Made by a program: the position numbers and the translations under genes. From the NCBI GenBank assembly GCA_048405595.1, contig DBFJOT010000010.1, positions 7,578-71,577 on the forward strand: DNA of 64,000 nucleotides. Direction: 5' to 3'. This document shows positions 25,576 to 35,106 of this stretch, in pieces. The DNA is from Candidatus Onthovivens sp. (lineage in GTDB: Bacteria; Bacillota_I; Bacilli_A; RFN20; CAG-826). Each line of letters starts with the position of its first letter. Positions within the stretch are counted from its first letter, which is position 1. Under the pieces are notes generated by a model. The model was given only the letters and a program-made list of their open reading frames with translations. It was not told the origin of the DNA and made no database searches.

Positions 25576-28500
25576 TTAAAGACCGAATTTTTTAATTCTT
25601 TCCCATCTTTGTCTAGAACATTCTTCGTTTTTCTTGAAGAGTTCTTCGTATTCACTTGGGTTGATCTTTGGTAATTGTGAATATCTTGTTTCCTTCATAA
25701 TGAAGTCTCTGATCTTTGTGAAGTCAGGTTCTTTGCAATCGAGGATTAATCCTGGTTTGCCTTCAGCGACTAAACGTGGATCATATCTAAATGTTGTGAA
25801 GTAACCACATTCAACAGCTTCTTTTTCAACTTGAATTGAGTTGACCATTCCACCTTTAATACCTTGGTTAACACATGGAGCGTAACAGATAATTAATGAT
25901 GGTCCGTTATAGCTTTCAGCTTCTTTGAATGCTTTAATTGCAGCCATTGGGTTTGCACCTAATGCAACTTGAGCAACGTAAACATTACCATAAGCCATAG
26001 CCATTAAAGCAAGGTTCTTCTTACTTGTCTTCTTACCACTTGCTGTGAATTGAGCAATTTGTCCAGTTTGTGATGATTTTGAAGCTTGACCACCTGTATT
26101 TGAGTAAACTTCAGTATCTAAACACATGACGTTGATATCATCTTCACTAGCTAAGACGTGATCGAGTCCGCCGTATCCGATATCATATGCCCATCCGTCT
26201 CCACCAACGATCCAGACACTCTTATCGAGTAAATCGTTTTCGTAGAAGAGTACTTCTTTGACAGCTTCATCTTTACTAGCTTTAACTTGTTCAACAAGAG
26301 TTGGGATGATCTTTCTTGCTTCATCTTTATTCTTGATGTTTGTTAAGTAGTTTTTGATTGTTTCTTTTAATGTTTCTTCAACTGTTTCACTTTCTAAAGC
26401 AGCTGTGAAGATTCTTGAAATATTAGCAAGTTTATAGTCTGTTGCTAATCTCATACCATAACCATTTTCAGCGTTGTCTTCGAATAATGAGTTAGCCCAT
26501 GCTGGTCCGTTCTTATCTTTATCGTTGACAAATGGTGATAATGGAGTTGAACCACAATAGATTGATGAACAACCTGTTGCGTTACTGATTAATAAATCTT
26601 TACCGAATAATCTTGAGAGTAAGTTGTAATATGGAGTTTCACCACATCCAGCACATGCTCCACTGACTTCCATATATGGCATTAAGAATGCAGCACCCTT
26701 AACTGTTGTAACTGGGAATTTGTCAGCTTTATATTCTGTATGTTTATATAAGTAAGTTGCGTCTTGTTCTTTATTGAATTGTGATTTAGCTTCAACAAGT
26801 TTTAATGCGAAATTCTTGTTTCCAAGTCTTTCAGCTGTCTTGTTAGCTAAACATTCTTTAACACATAATCCACAGCCAACACAGTTCTTTGGTGAAACTT
26901 GGATAATGTATTTGAGACCTTTAACTTGTGGTCCTTTTGCGTCTGTGACTTTATCTTCTAAATGTCCTTTAGCGACTTCTTCTTCAGTTAATAAGAATGG
27001 TCTGATTGTTGTATGTGGACAGACAAATGCACATGTATTACATTGGATACAGAAATCTTTATTCCATTCTGGGACTCTATCAGCAATACCTCTTTGTTCA
27101 CTATAAGTAACGTCAGCTCTCATAGTTCCATCGAGTAATTCATATTCTGTGAATTTACTAACTGGTAAATCATAACCATCAAGTGTATTGATTAAATCAA
27201 CATATGAATCGAAGTAATCATCACCGATTGTTGTTCTTTCTCTGTTATATGGTAATTTTGCCCATTCAGGATTAACTTTAATTTCTCTTAATCCTTGTGT
27301 ACCACTATCGATAGCTTTGTAGTTGAGTTCAACAACATCGTTACCTTTTCTACCATATGTCTTTAAAGCAAATTTCTTCATCCAAGTATTTGCTTCATCG
27401 TATGGCATAATTTGTGGATTTAAGTAGAAGAATGCACTTTGTAAAATTGTATTTGTATGTCTTCCCATACCGATTTCAAGAGCAATCTTGTTAGCATCGA
27501 TAACGAAGAACTTTGCATTCTTTGTAGCTAATTGATATTTAACTCTGTTTGGAAGTGATTCAATTAACTTTTCATCGCTCATATCAGTATTAAGTAAGAA
27601 TGTACCATTCTTGCTTAAGTTCTTTAACATATCAAATCTAAATAAATATGTATCTAATGAACATGAAATGAATGATGCGTGTTCAACATAATAAGTTGAG
27701 TGAATTGGTTCTTTACCGAATCTTAAGTGTGATCTTGTGACACCACCTGATTTACGGCTATCATATGCGAAATAAGCTTGAGCATATTGTCCAGTTGCAT
27801 CACCGATAATCTTAATTGATGATTTATTAGCACCAACTGTACCATCACTACCTAATCCGTAGAATAAGCATGAAGTATATGTGTGAGCGATTTCGTAATT
27901 TTCATCGACTGGGATTGATAAGAATGTGACATCATCGTTAATTCCGACTGAGAAATTGTGATGTTCTTTTCCGCTTAACATCCAATCGAAGACTGATTTG
28001 ATGTGTTTTGGTTGAGTATCTTTTGATGATAAACCATATCTACCACCGATGACTTTAATACCGGTAACGCCTTCGAGGTTAAGTGCTGAGCAGACATCTT
28101 CATATAATGCTTCACCAACACTACCTAATTCTTTAGTTCTATCTAAAACAGCGATTTCTTTGACTGTCTTTGGTAAAACAGAAATTAAATGTTTTGCTGA
28201 GAAAGGTCTATAGAGGTGGACTCTAATCATACCAACCTTTTCACCTTTGTTCATTAAGTCTGTAACAACTTCATAAGCTGTTTCATTGACACTACCCATT
28301 GCGATAATGACTTTAGTAGCATCTGGAGCTCCATAGTAAACAAATGGTGCGTATGTTCTACCTGTCATTTCGCTAACTTTAGCAAAATATTTTTCTGCGA
28401 CTGGTAAAACATTGTCGAAATGTTTATTTTGAGCTTCTCTACCTTGGAAGTAGATATCGTCATTTTCTGCTCCGCCTTTAGCGACAGCGTGTCCGTGTGG

Positions 28501-29136
28501 ATTTAAAGCTCTTGCTTTGAATTTAGTAACTTTATCCCATGGTACTACTTTCTTCCATTCTTCATCAGCGATGAATTCAACGTTTTGAATTTCGTGTGAA
28601 GTTCTGAAACCATCGAAGAAGTGACATACTGGATATTCAGCATCGATTGCAACTAAGTGTGCGACTGAAGCTAAATCAGCGACTTCTTGGACTGAATCAC
28701 TACAAATCATAGCGATTCCTGATTGTCTAATTGCGTAAACATCTTGGTGGTCACCGAAAATTGATAATGATCTTGTTGCTAAACTTCTTGCTGAAACGTG
28801 CATAACAGCTGGAAGTAATTCACCACACCATTTATAGATGTTAGGAATCATTAAGAGTAAACCTTGTGAAGCTGTATATGTTGTTGCTAAAGCACCAGCA
28901 TTAATAGCACCATGTAAAGCACCACTAGCACCTGCTTCTGATTGCATTTCACAAACTTTAACAGTGCTGTTGAAGAAATTCTTCTTTCCTTGTGAGGCGT
29001 AAATGTCAACGTAGTTTGCCATTGGTGATGATGGAGTAATAGGGAAAATTGCTGCGACTTCTGTAAAGTTGTAGCTCATTAAAGCTGCAGCTGTATTACC
29101 ATCAACACTAAGCATAGTTTTTTTAATTTCTGCCAT
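25576..29136 (-). CDS. nifJ: Pyruvate:ferredoxin (flavodoxin) oxidoreductase
   Basis: 1186 aa single-chain PFOR. Two 4Fe-4S ferredoxin motifs (CIQCNTCAFVCP, CVGCGLCVKEC). TPP-binding region GGDGWAYDIG. Confidence 0.95.
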   Translation of the reverse strand: MAEIKKTMLSVDGNTAAALMSYNFTEVAAIFPITPSSPMANYVDIYASQGKKNFFNSTVKVCEMQSEAGASGALHGAINAGALATTYTASQGLLLMIPNIYKWCGELLPAVMHVSARSLATRSLSIFGDHQDVYAIRQSGIAMICSDSVQEVADLASVAHLVAIDAEYPVCHFFDGFRTSHEIQNVEFIADEEWKKVVPWDKVTKFKARALNPHGHAVAKGGAENDDIYFQGREAQNKHFDNVLPVAEKYFAKVSEMTGRTYAPFVYYGAPDATKVIIAMGSVNETAYEVVTDLMNKGEKVGMIRVHLYRPFSAKHLISVLPKTVKEIAVLDRTKELGSVGEALYEDVCSALNLEGVTGIKVIGGRYGLSSKDTQPKHIKSVFDWMLSGKEHHNFSVGINDDVTFLSIPVDENYEIAHTYTSCLFYGLGSDGTVGANKSSIKIIGDATGQYAQAYFAYDSRKSGGVTRSHLRFGKEPIHSTYYVEHASFISCSLDTYLFRFDMLKNLSKNGTFLLNTDMSDEKLIESLPNRVKYQLATKNAKFFVIDANKIALEIGMGRHTNTILQSAFFYLNPQIMPYDEANTWMKKFALKTYGRKGNDVVELNYKAIDSGTQGLREIKVNPEWAKLPYNRERTTIGDDYFDSYVDLINTLDGYDLPVSKFTEYELLDGTMRADVTYSEQRGIADRVPEWNKDFCIQCNTCAFVCPHTTIRPFLLTEEEVAKGHLEDKVTDAKGPQVKGLKYIIQVSPKNCVGCGLCVKECLANKTAERLGNKNFALKLVEAKSQFNKEQDATYLYKHTEYKADKFPVTTVKGAAFLMPYMEVSGACAGCGETPYYNLLSRLFGKDLLISNATGCSSIYCGSTPLSPFVNDKDKNGPAWANSLFEDNAENGYGMRLATDYKLANISRIFTAALESETVEETLKETIKNYLTNIKNKDEARKIIPTLVEQVKASKDEAVKEVLFYENDLLDKSVWIVGGDGWAYDIGYGGLDHVLASEDDINVMCLDTEVYSNTGGQASKSSQTGQIAQFTASGKKTSKKNLALMAMAYGNVYVAQVALGANPMAAIKAFKEAESYNGPSLIICYAPCVNQGIKGGMVNSIQVEKEAVECGYFTTFRYDPRLVAEGKPGLILDCKEPDFTKIRDFIMKETRYSQLPKINPSEYEELFKKNEECSRQRWERIKKFGL

Positions 29137-29349
29137 ATTAAAAAATTATCTCCTTTGTTAATACGAGTTTATTATACTACTTCAATTTTTGATTTTAAAT
29201 AAATTTAAATATTTTATGTATAACATAAATCAAACTTATAATTAGCAAAAATTTACGACATTTTGGCCAAAAAATCTAACAAAATAAGGTTTATATTTCT
29301 ATTATATTTATCTTTAATATGATATAATTTGAAATACGAGGTTATATAA

Positions 29350-30165
29350 ATGCATAACTTATCTAATTTATTAGTGTCTTCCTTAAATGGTTTACACACC
29401 GATAGTATTTTTACTATCGATAAAATGATAATTGATTTTTTCAACTCGATGTTTGATGGGAATGGAATCGGAAATTTACTACTGATTATTTTGTCCTATT
29501 TAATTTGTATCATCTTAGTTGGAATAGTCGGTTACCAAAGAGAAGCTCAAGGACATAATGCAGGCTTTCGTACACATTTATTAGTTGGTATTGGAAGTTG
29601 CACTATTATGATAGTTTCAATGTATTCAATAGGCTATTCAGCAGATAAATATGAAACTATGAGACTTGCTGCAAGTGTTCCAACCGGTATCGGTTTCCTT
29701 GGTGCAGGCGTCATTATTAAAAATAAGACCTCAATTAAAGGTCTTACCACTGCTTCAACATTATGGGTTTCTATGGCGATTGGTTTGGCTTGTGGAAGTG
29801 GAAACTTCGTCATCGCTCTTATTGGATCATGTGCTGTTTATTTGACTTTATTTGTATTCTATAGATTTGAAATTCATGCCGGCAAAAAAGCTAGTAAATT
29901 AATAGTCTATTTAGACCGAGATAGTCAAATAACATATAAGCAAATTATCGATGTAATCGATGTTTTCCAATATACAGTAAAAGAAACTTATATGAGACAT
30001 CAAAAGATAAATAATCAAGATGCTTTAGCAATTTATATTGAATTCAATAACTGTTACCTTGATATTCTTCAATTAATGAAACGCGATATCGAATTAACAT
30101 TTCACCCTATCCGAGTAGATATCGAAATTTATGCAAAGGATAGAGTAAAAAAATTACCAGAATAA
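29350..30165 (+). CDS. mgtC: MgtC/SapB-family membrane protein
   Basis: 271 aa. MgtC core GIVGYQREAQGHNAGFRTHLLVGIGS. GAGG lies 8 nt upstream of the ATG. Confidence 0.8.
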   Translation: MHNLSNLLVSSLNGLHTDSIFTIDKMIIDFFNSMFDGNGIGNLLLIILSYLICIILVGIVGYQREAQGHNAGFRTHLLVGIGSCTIMIVSMYSIGYSADKYETMRLAASVPTGIGFLGAGVIIKNKTSIKGLTTASTLWVSMAIGLACGSGNFVIALIGSCAVYLTLFVFYRFEIHAGKKASKLIVYLDRDSQITYKQIIDVIDVFQYTVKETYMRHQKINNQDALAIYIEFNNCYLDILQLMKRDIELTFHPIRVDIEIYAKDRVKKLPE

Positions 30166-30178
30166 CCTGGTAATTTTT

Positions 30179-30403
30179 TTATTCAGCAAGAACTGTAATC
30201 TTGTCGTTTAATAACGTGGTAACTAAGTCAATTACCCAGAAAAGAGGTCCTACAAAAATACAAAGAAGACCAACTATTAATGTTGTTGTATTTTTTGTTT
30301 CTGTATATTTGAAGACTCTGTAAAAACAAGAAATAGGCCAGCCTAAGAATAATTGGAGAATTACTCTAGCCAACATAGGTAATGAATCGTATGTTTTTGT
30401 CAT
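30179..30403 (-). CDS. Small two-TM membrane protein, unknown function
   Basis: 74 aa with two hydrophobic helices. AAAGGAGA lies upstream of the ATG. Confidence 0.55.
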   Translation of the reverse strand: MTKTYDSLPMLARVILQLFLGWPISCFYRVFKYTETKNTTTLIVGLLCIFVGPLFWVIDLVTTLLNDKITVLAE

Positions 30404-30528
30404 CCTAAAATTCTCCTTTCGCTATACTTTAATACTAGCACAATAAAATTTTTTATATAGTTTTTTGATATTTATTTCCTCTTTTTTTAAAGTAAAAATG
30501 GTGTTTAATTTATGACATCATTTTAGTT

Positions 30529-30575
30529 AAATTGTCTTTAAAGTCTCGATGCAGCCGATACTTTAAAGACAATTT
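30529..30575. repeat. Perfect 16-bp inverted repeat with a 15-nt spacer
   Basis: AAATTGTCTTTAAAGT (30529-30544) and ACTTTAAAGACAATTT (30560-30575). On the plus strand GAATTTTT follows. Confidence 0.8.
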
Positions 30576-30739
30576 GAATTTTTATTGTATAATTGAATCT
30601 TATTTATATTTCTAAATAATCAAATGAAGTAAGTTGAATAGTAAATTTATATAATTTTAAATTATAGGTAAAATAAAAAGCCAATTTTTTATTGTGATAA
30701 CTATACAATATATATTGGCTCTTTTAATTTAATAGAAAT

Positions 30740-30815
30740 TGGCTATCCTGGTTGGACTCGGACCAACAAATACATGTTTCAGAGACATGTGACTTTACCA
30801 TTTGTCTACAGGATA
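30740..30815 (-). tRNA. tRNA-Gln (anticodon CUG), CCA encoded
   Basis: UAUCCUG-UA-GACA-AAUGGUAA-AGUC-A-CAUGU-CUCUGAA-ACAUG-UAUUU-GUUGG-UCCGAGU-CCAAC-CAGGAUA-G-CCA. U1:A72 and G73 are typical of tRNA-Gln. The T-loop has C at position 55. Confidence 0.75.
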
Positions 30816-30839
30816 AAGTTGCTTTATGCAACTTATATT

Positions 30840-31853
30840 TTATTTCTTTCTTTTAAGTTCTGCAATTTGGAAATTATAACCATCCAAACAAGCATCTTCG
30901 ATATTATATTGGCACTTAAAGCCTAATTCATTGAATGCTTTAGCTGTTGAAGCGTAGTTTTCAGGTACATCTCCATCACGTCTAGGTTTAATTTCGAAAG
31001 GAATTTTTACCCCTGTTGCTTTTTCGTAAGCCTTAATAACTTCTAAAACAGAAGTTCCTTTTCCAGTTCCAAGATTATAAACAACTAAACCACATTTTGT
31101 TTCTAATTTCTTTAAAGCAAGATAATGACCATAAGCTAAATCTACAACATGGATATAGTCTCTAATGCATGTTCCATCAGGTGTATTGTAGTCATCACCA
31201 AAGACGTTTAGTTTAGGTAAAACTCCAGCTGCTACTTTATTAATAAATGGCAATAAGTTATTTGGTAATCCGTTTGGATCTTCTCCAAGTAATCCTGATT
31301 TATGAGCACCGATTGGATTGAAATATCTCAATAAAGCGATGTTATATTCTGGGTGAACAAAAGCCATGTCGTTTAAAATTCTTTCGATCATTACTTTAGT
31401 TTGACCATATGGGGATGTTGCATTTTTAACTGGTGAATCTTCAGTTAAAGGTACTTCATCTGGTAAACCATATACAGTTGCGCTTGATGAGAAAACTAAG
31501 TTATTTACTTTAAATTCATCCATGCACTTTAAAAGCGCAAAGGTAGAATCTAGATTATTTTCATAATACATGAGTGGTTTTTGGACGCTTTCACCAACTG
31601 CTTTATATCCAGCAAAATGGATAATAGCGTCAACTTTTTCTTTAGCGAAAACTTTTCTTAATTCTTCTAAATTTTGAACATCTAATTGATAGAAGTTAAC
31701 ATCTTTTTTTGTGATTTCTTTAATTCTATCTAATACTTCAATTTTAGAATTGTAGAGATTGTCAACGATAACAACTTCAAATCCATTTTCAAGTAATGTA
31801 ACGCAAGTATGTGAACCAATAAATCCTAATCCGCCAGTAACTAAAACTTTCAT
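30840..31853 (-). CDS. galE: UDP-glucose 4-epimerase
   Basis: 337 aa. GGLGFIGSH Rossmann motif, the YGQTK catalytic motif, and end-to-end GalE similarity. Confidence 0.95.
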   Translation of the reverse strand: MKVLVTGGLGFIGSHTCVTLLENGFEVVIVDNLYNSKIEVLDRIKEITKKDVNFYQLDVQNLEELRKVFAKEKVDAIIHFAGYKAVGESVQKPLMYYENNLDSTFALLKCMDEFKVNNLVFSSSATVYGLPDEVPLTEDSPVKNATSPYGQTKVMIERILNDMAFVHPEYNIALLRYFNPIGAHKSGLLGEDPNGLPNNLLPFINKVAAGVLPKLNVFGDDYNTPDGTCIRDYIHVVDLAYGHYLALKKLETKCGLVVYNLGTGKGTSVLEVIKAYEKATGVKIPFEIKPRRDGDVPENYASTAKAFNELGFKCQYNIEDACLDGYNFQIAELKRKK

Positions 31854-31867
31854 TTTGTTCCCTCCAT

Positions 31868-32548
31868 TTATCTTGTTTTTAACTGTTCAGCTTCCTTCTT
31901 GATCTTGATATTTTCAATTTTTGAATCAATATCTTGACCTTTTTGAGCTGTAGTTGGCAATAATTCTTTGACGATTCCACTAGTCAACGCATCAGCAATT
32001 AATTTATTAATTTCGCTATCGATATATAGTTTTAAAGCTAAATTTGCAATGTTTTTATTGAAATCGTTGTCTTTTTCTTCCTCTTCTTTATCTGAAGATT
32101 CATATTTATCAATATAAAGATCAAGTTTTTTTAATACATTTTGTAAAATCTTTTCCATTTGGTTGTCATGGATTTTTTGAAAAAGAGTATATAAATCTTT
32201 TTTATCTGTCTTTAATAATTTATTATCGACTTCGATTAAAGCGGCTAAATTTCTTAAGCTAGCACTTGTTTTTAATAATGAGATAAAAATTAAATACCCA
32301 ATGTGGTTTACATCATATTTTTTATCCTTTGGAGGTATTAAAATTTTTGCTTTTACATAATTATTAACTCTATGAGGTGAAATAATGCCATCTAAATTAT
32401 CTTTAAAAAGAGGAGAAAGTGTATCACTAACATATGTTGTTACTTGCTCCATATATAAAGGAATTTTTGGTAATTCATTATAATCAGGTAAAGAATACTC
32501 TTGTAATGTTTTTATATATTCAATAATCTCATCAAAATTCTTTTTCAT
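31868..32548 (-). CDS. DUF1836-like protein with an acidic coiled-coil tail
   Basis: 226 aa. LYMEQVTTYV...HRVNNYVKAKILIPPKDKKY..HIGYLIFISLLK resembles the DUF1836 signature. Family assignment is from memory only. Confidence 0.5.
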   Translation of the reverse strand: MKKNFDEIIEYIKTLQEYSLPDYNELPKIPLYMEQVTTYVSDTLSPLFKDNLDGIISPHRVNNYVKAKILIPPKDKKYDVNHIGYLIFISLLKTSASLRNLAALIEVDNKLLKTDKKDLYTLFQKIHDNQMEKILQNVLKKLDLYIDKYESSDKEEEEKDNDFNKNIANLALKLYIDSEINKLIADALTSGIVKELLPTTAQKGQDIDSKIENIKIKKEAEQLKTR

Positions 32549-32633
32549 ACCTATAATTTACTACTTTTTATAAATTAAGTAAATTAATATAAAATAAAAA
32601 GAATCGATACAATCAACTTTAAAATTAAAGTAA

Positions 32634-34433
32634 TTATTTCAATTCTTGATATATATTGTCGAAATCTTTATCTATAAGTAAGCTTGTTAGTATCTCATCC
32701 TCTTCAGGTAGTCCTTGCATAATGGACATATCTTGAATGAATTTATAATCAACTAAACCACCTTTTGACACTCCGCATCCATCTTTTGAAATTAAATTGG
32801 ATGAAATTGTAACCATTAAGTTTTCATAAACTTTTGGAACAATTAGTGATGAGAAGAATTTTTTATTCTTCGACTTCAAATGAATAACATCATTTTTCTT
32901 AATTTTATCTTTTAAATATAAAGAAATTGTATTTTGATTAACTTCAGGAATTAAAGCAGGTAAGTTCTTATTTTGAGCAATAACTAGTACACCTTCGTTA
33001 GTATTAATTTTTGCTTCTTCTTGAGTTATTTGTGAAGTACCTTCTTCTCCTCCAAAAATGCTCACAAATGAATGATCAATATCAATATCACCTTCACTAA
33101 TCAACCCAAATACATCAGTGTTAACAATCATTTTTGCTTCATTTTTGAAGACAATATTTCCATTTTCTCCAAAACTTTCAACGCCTGAATTATTTGAATC
33201 AACAAAGGTTGAAGCGCCATCAAAGTTAATAATTTCACCTTTTAGACCGACATAAGATTCAAAAATTTTAATTGGGAAATCATCTTTTTCATTTTCGTTT
33301 ATAAAGTTTAAAGTACCTTCAGTTACAACACCTTGATTACTTGATTTGATAAAGTAATGACTATTTGTTGAAGTTAAATTTCCTAAAGCTGAAATTGAAT
33401 CATCATCTGTATCTAAATTAAAACGAGAATTAACAAAATTCGCTTCTCCATGAGTCAAAACGCCTTTTGTAGAATAATTTAATTTATATAAAACTTTGGC
33501 GTTATCGTAATGTGCAGGATCAACACGATAAAAATCTTTATCATCTTTTACATAATAAATATCGTTAAAATCTAGTTTTTCAGTTTCAAGATTTACTTTT
33601 TGATAATTACCAACTGTATAAATATAAAAGTTTGAATTTAATGCAGTAAAATCACGAGATTCGATTGCATCCATCGACCCGGTATAAATAAATAAAGAAT
33701 CATTAATATTTAAATTTCCTGTAGTAACAATACCTCCGCCTACAGAAAATCTAATTTCGATTTTTGCATTATCAATAAATGTATTTCCTTCAACTTCAAA
33801 CGTAGAACCAGTGGAAAGTTGAACAATAATTCTTGTGTCTTTAATATTTAAATCACTTGAAGTATAAATACACTTTCCATAATTTATTAAATCTTCATTT
33901 TTTCCATATGAGTTAAGGAACAAGAACCCTTTTCCGTCAATGTTTACATCACAAGAAGCATAAATAGCAGCTTTATTATCATTAGTTTGGCTATCGCAAA
34001 CATAATTTTTAGTTTTTGAATTAACGTGAATATTTAATACTTTAGCTTTTTTTACTTTAATTGGAGTTCCTCCGATTGAAGTAATATTTAAATTATCAAA
34101 AACTAGATTAACAACACCATCAGCATCAATCTCAATAGAACAATTTGTTGATTTGCCTGTTAAACGATAAGTTCCACCATTTTTAATAGTTACTTTTTTA
34201 TCTTTTATATTATCGAAATCGATAATTTCATCTGCGGAGTTATTAATTTCTAATGCTTGATTTTCAAATTCGTTTTCAAAATTAGGAGCGACAGGTCTTT
34301 CAAATTTAAATTTTGCATTATGAAAATTACTACCGGTTTTAAAACGATAGCAATCAAGATTTTTAATTGCGCTGCCGCAACCTGTTAGCATAACTCCTAT
34401 ACAAAGTGATGAAAGTAAACTACTTCTTTTCAT
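32634..34433 (-). CDS. Surface lipoprotein with repetitive beta-helix-like segments (possible carbohydrate-binding, DUF4353-like)
   Basis: 599 aa. Lipobox MLTGC. Recurring segments of the form I/V-x-I-x-G-x-N alternating with N/D/G-rich turns. Confidence 0.6.
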   Translation of the reverse strand: MKRSSLLSSLCIGVMLTGCGSAIKNLDCYRFKTGSNFHNAKFKFERPVAPNFENEFENQALEINNSADEIIDFDNIKDKKVTIKNGGTYRLTGKSTNCSIEIDADGVVNLVFDNLNITSIGGTPIKVKKAKVLNIHVNSKTKNYVCDSQTNDNKAAIYASCDVNIDGKGFLFLNSYGKNEDLINYGKCIYTSSDLNIKDTRIIVQLSTGSTFEVEGNTFIDNAKIEIRFSVGGGIVTTGNLNINDSLFIYTGSMDAIESRDFTALNSNFYIYTVGNYQKVNLETEKLDFNDIYYVKDDKDFYRVDPAHYDNAKVLYKLNYSTKGVLTHGEANFVNSRFNLDTDDDSISALGNLTSTNSHYFIKSSNQGVVTEGTLNFINENEKDDFPIKIFESYVGLKGEIINFDGASTFVDSNNSGVESFGENGNIVFKNEAKMIVNTDVFGLISEGDIDIDHSFVSIFGGEEGTSQITQEEAKINTNEGVLVIAQNKNLPALIPEVNQNTISLYLKDKIKKNDVIHLKSKNKKFFSSLIVPKVYENLMVTISSNLISKDGCGVSKGGLVDYKFIQDMSIMQGLPEEDEILTSLLIDKDFDNIYQELK

Positions 34434-34619
34434 ATCTATATTTTATTTGATTTGTTCTAAATGGTAACTTAAAGAAAACTTAGAAATTATGTTTTGCTCA
34501 AGTTCGTTTAATATAATACAAAAAATACCGATTAAATCGATACTTTAATGTATTCGAACACATTCATTATTAAGTTTAAATTTAATTATGTTAGTTGAAA
34601 ACGTTATTTAAACAAAAAA

Positions 34620-35054
34620 TTATCTATTTCTTTGATTTAAATATTCTTTTATTCCACTAATAAACATCACACTTGATACAAAAATAACAATTAATTCTAA
34701 GATAATTCCTGTAATCATCATGAAAGCTAAACTGTTATTAAAATCAATAAATTTACTTGTAGCAAAATAATAAATTAAACAAATTTCCCCAGTAAGAAAT
34801 ATTATAAGGACACTTAATGAAGGTAAAATTCTTGGAGGTAACTCTTTTTCAGTGTGTTCTTGATCATACTTATATAAAAAATATCCACCTAAACCAAAAA
34901 ATAATAAAGAACCAATAGATGAACCAATTGCGATGTTAGCATATAAATTATTTTCTCCAAAGAAAGCATATAAAATAATTGACGAACTTAATAACAATAA
35001 GCCAATCGCCATAAAGGTAGTTGAAGTAATAAAATATTTCTTGCTAGCAGTCAT
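34620..35054 (-). CDS. Four-TM membrane protein, unknown function
   Basis: 144-aa hydrophobic ORF. No motif recognised. Confidence 0.55.
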   Translation of the reverse strand: MTASKKYFITSTTFMAIGLLLLSSSIILYAFFGENNLYANIAIGSSIGSLLFFGLGGYFLYKYDQEHTEKELPPRILPSLSVLIIFLTGEICLIYYFATSKFIDFNNSLAFMMITGIILELIVIFVSSVMFISGIKEYLNQRNR

Positions 35055-35106
35055 ACTTCTTTAATTATAACTTAAAAATATTTTTTAGTTACTTTAACGA
35101 TAACAA

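Noticed and set aside
29253-29444. 63-aa minus-strand ORF with a lipoprotein-like start (MKKSIIILSIVKILSVC).
   Set aside because: It overlaps the 5' end of mgtC, whose ATG at 29350 has a well-spaced GAGG. No RBS is present for the minus-strand ORF, and the remaining sequence is low complexity.
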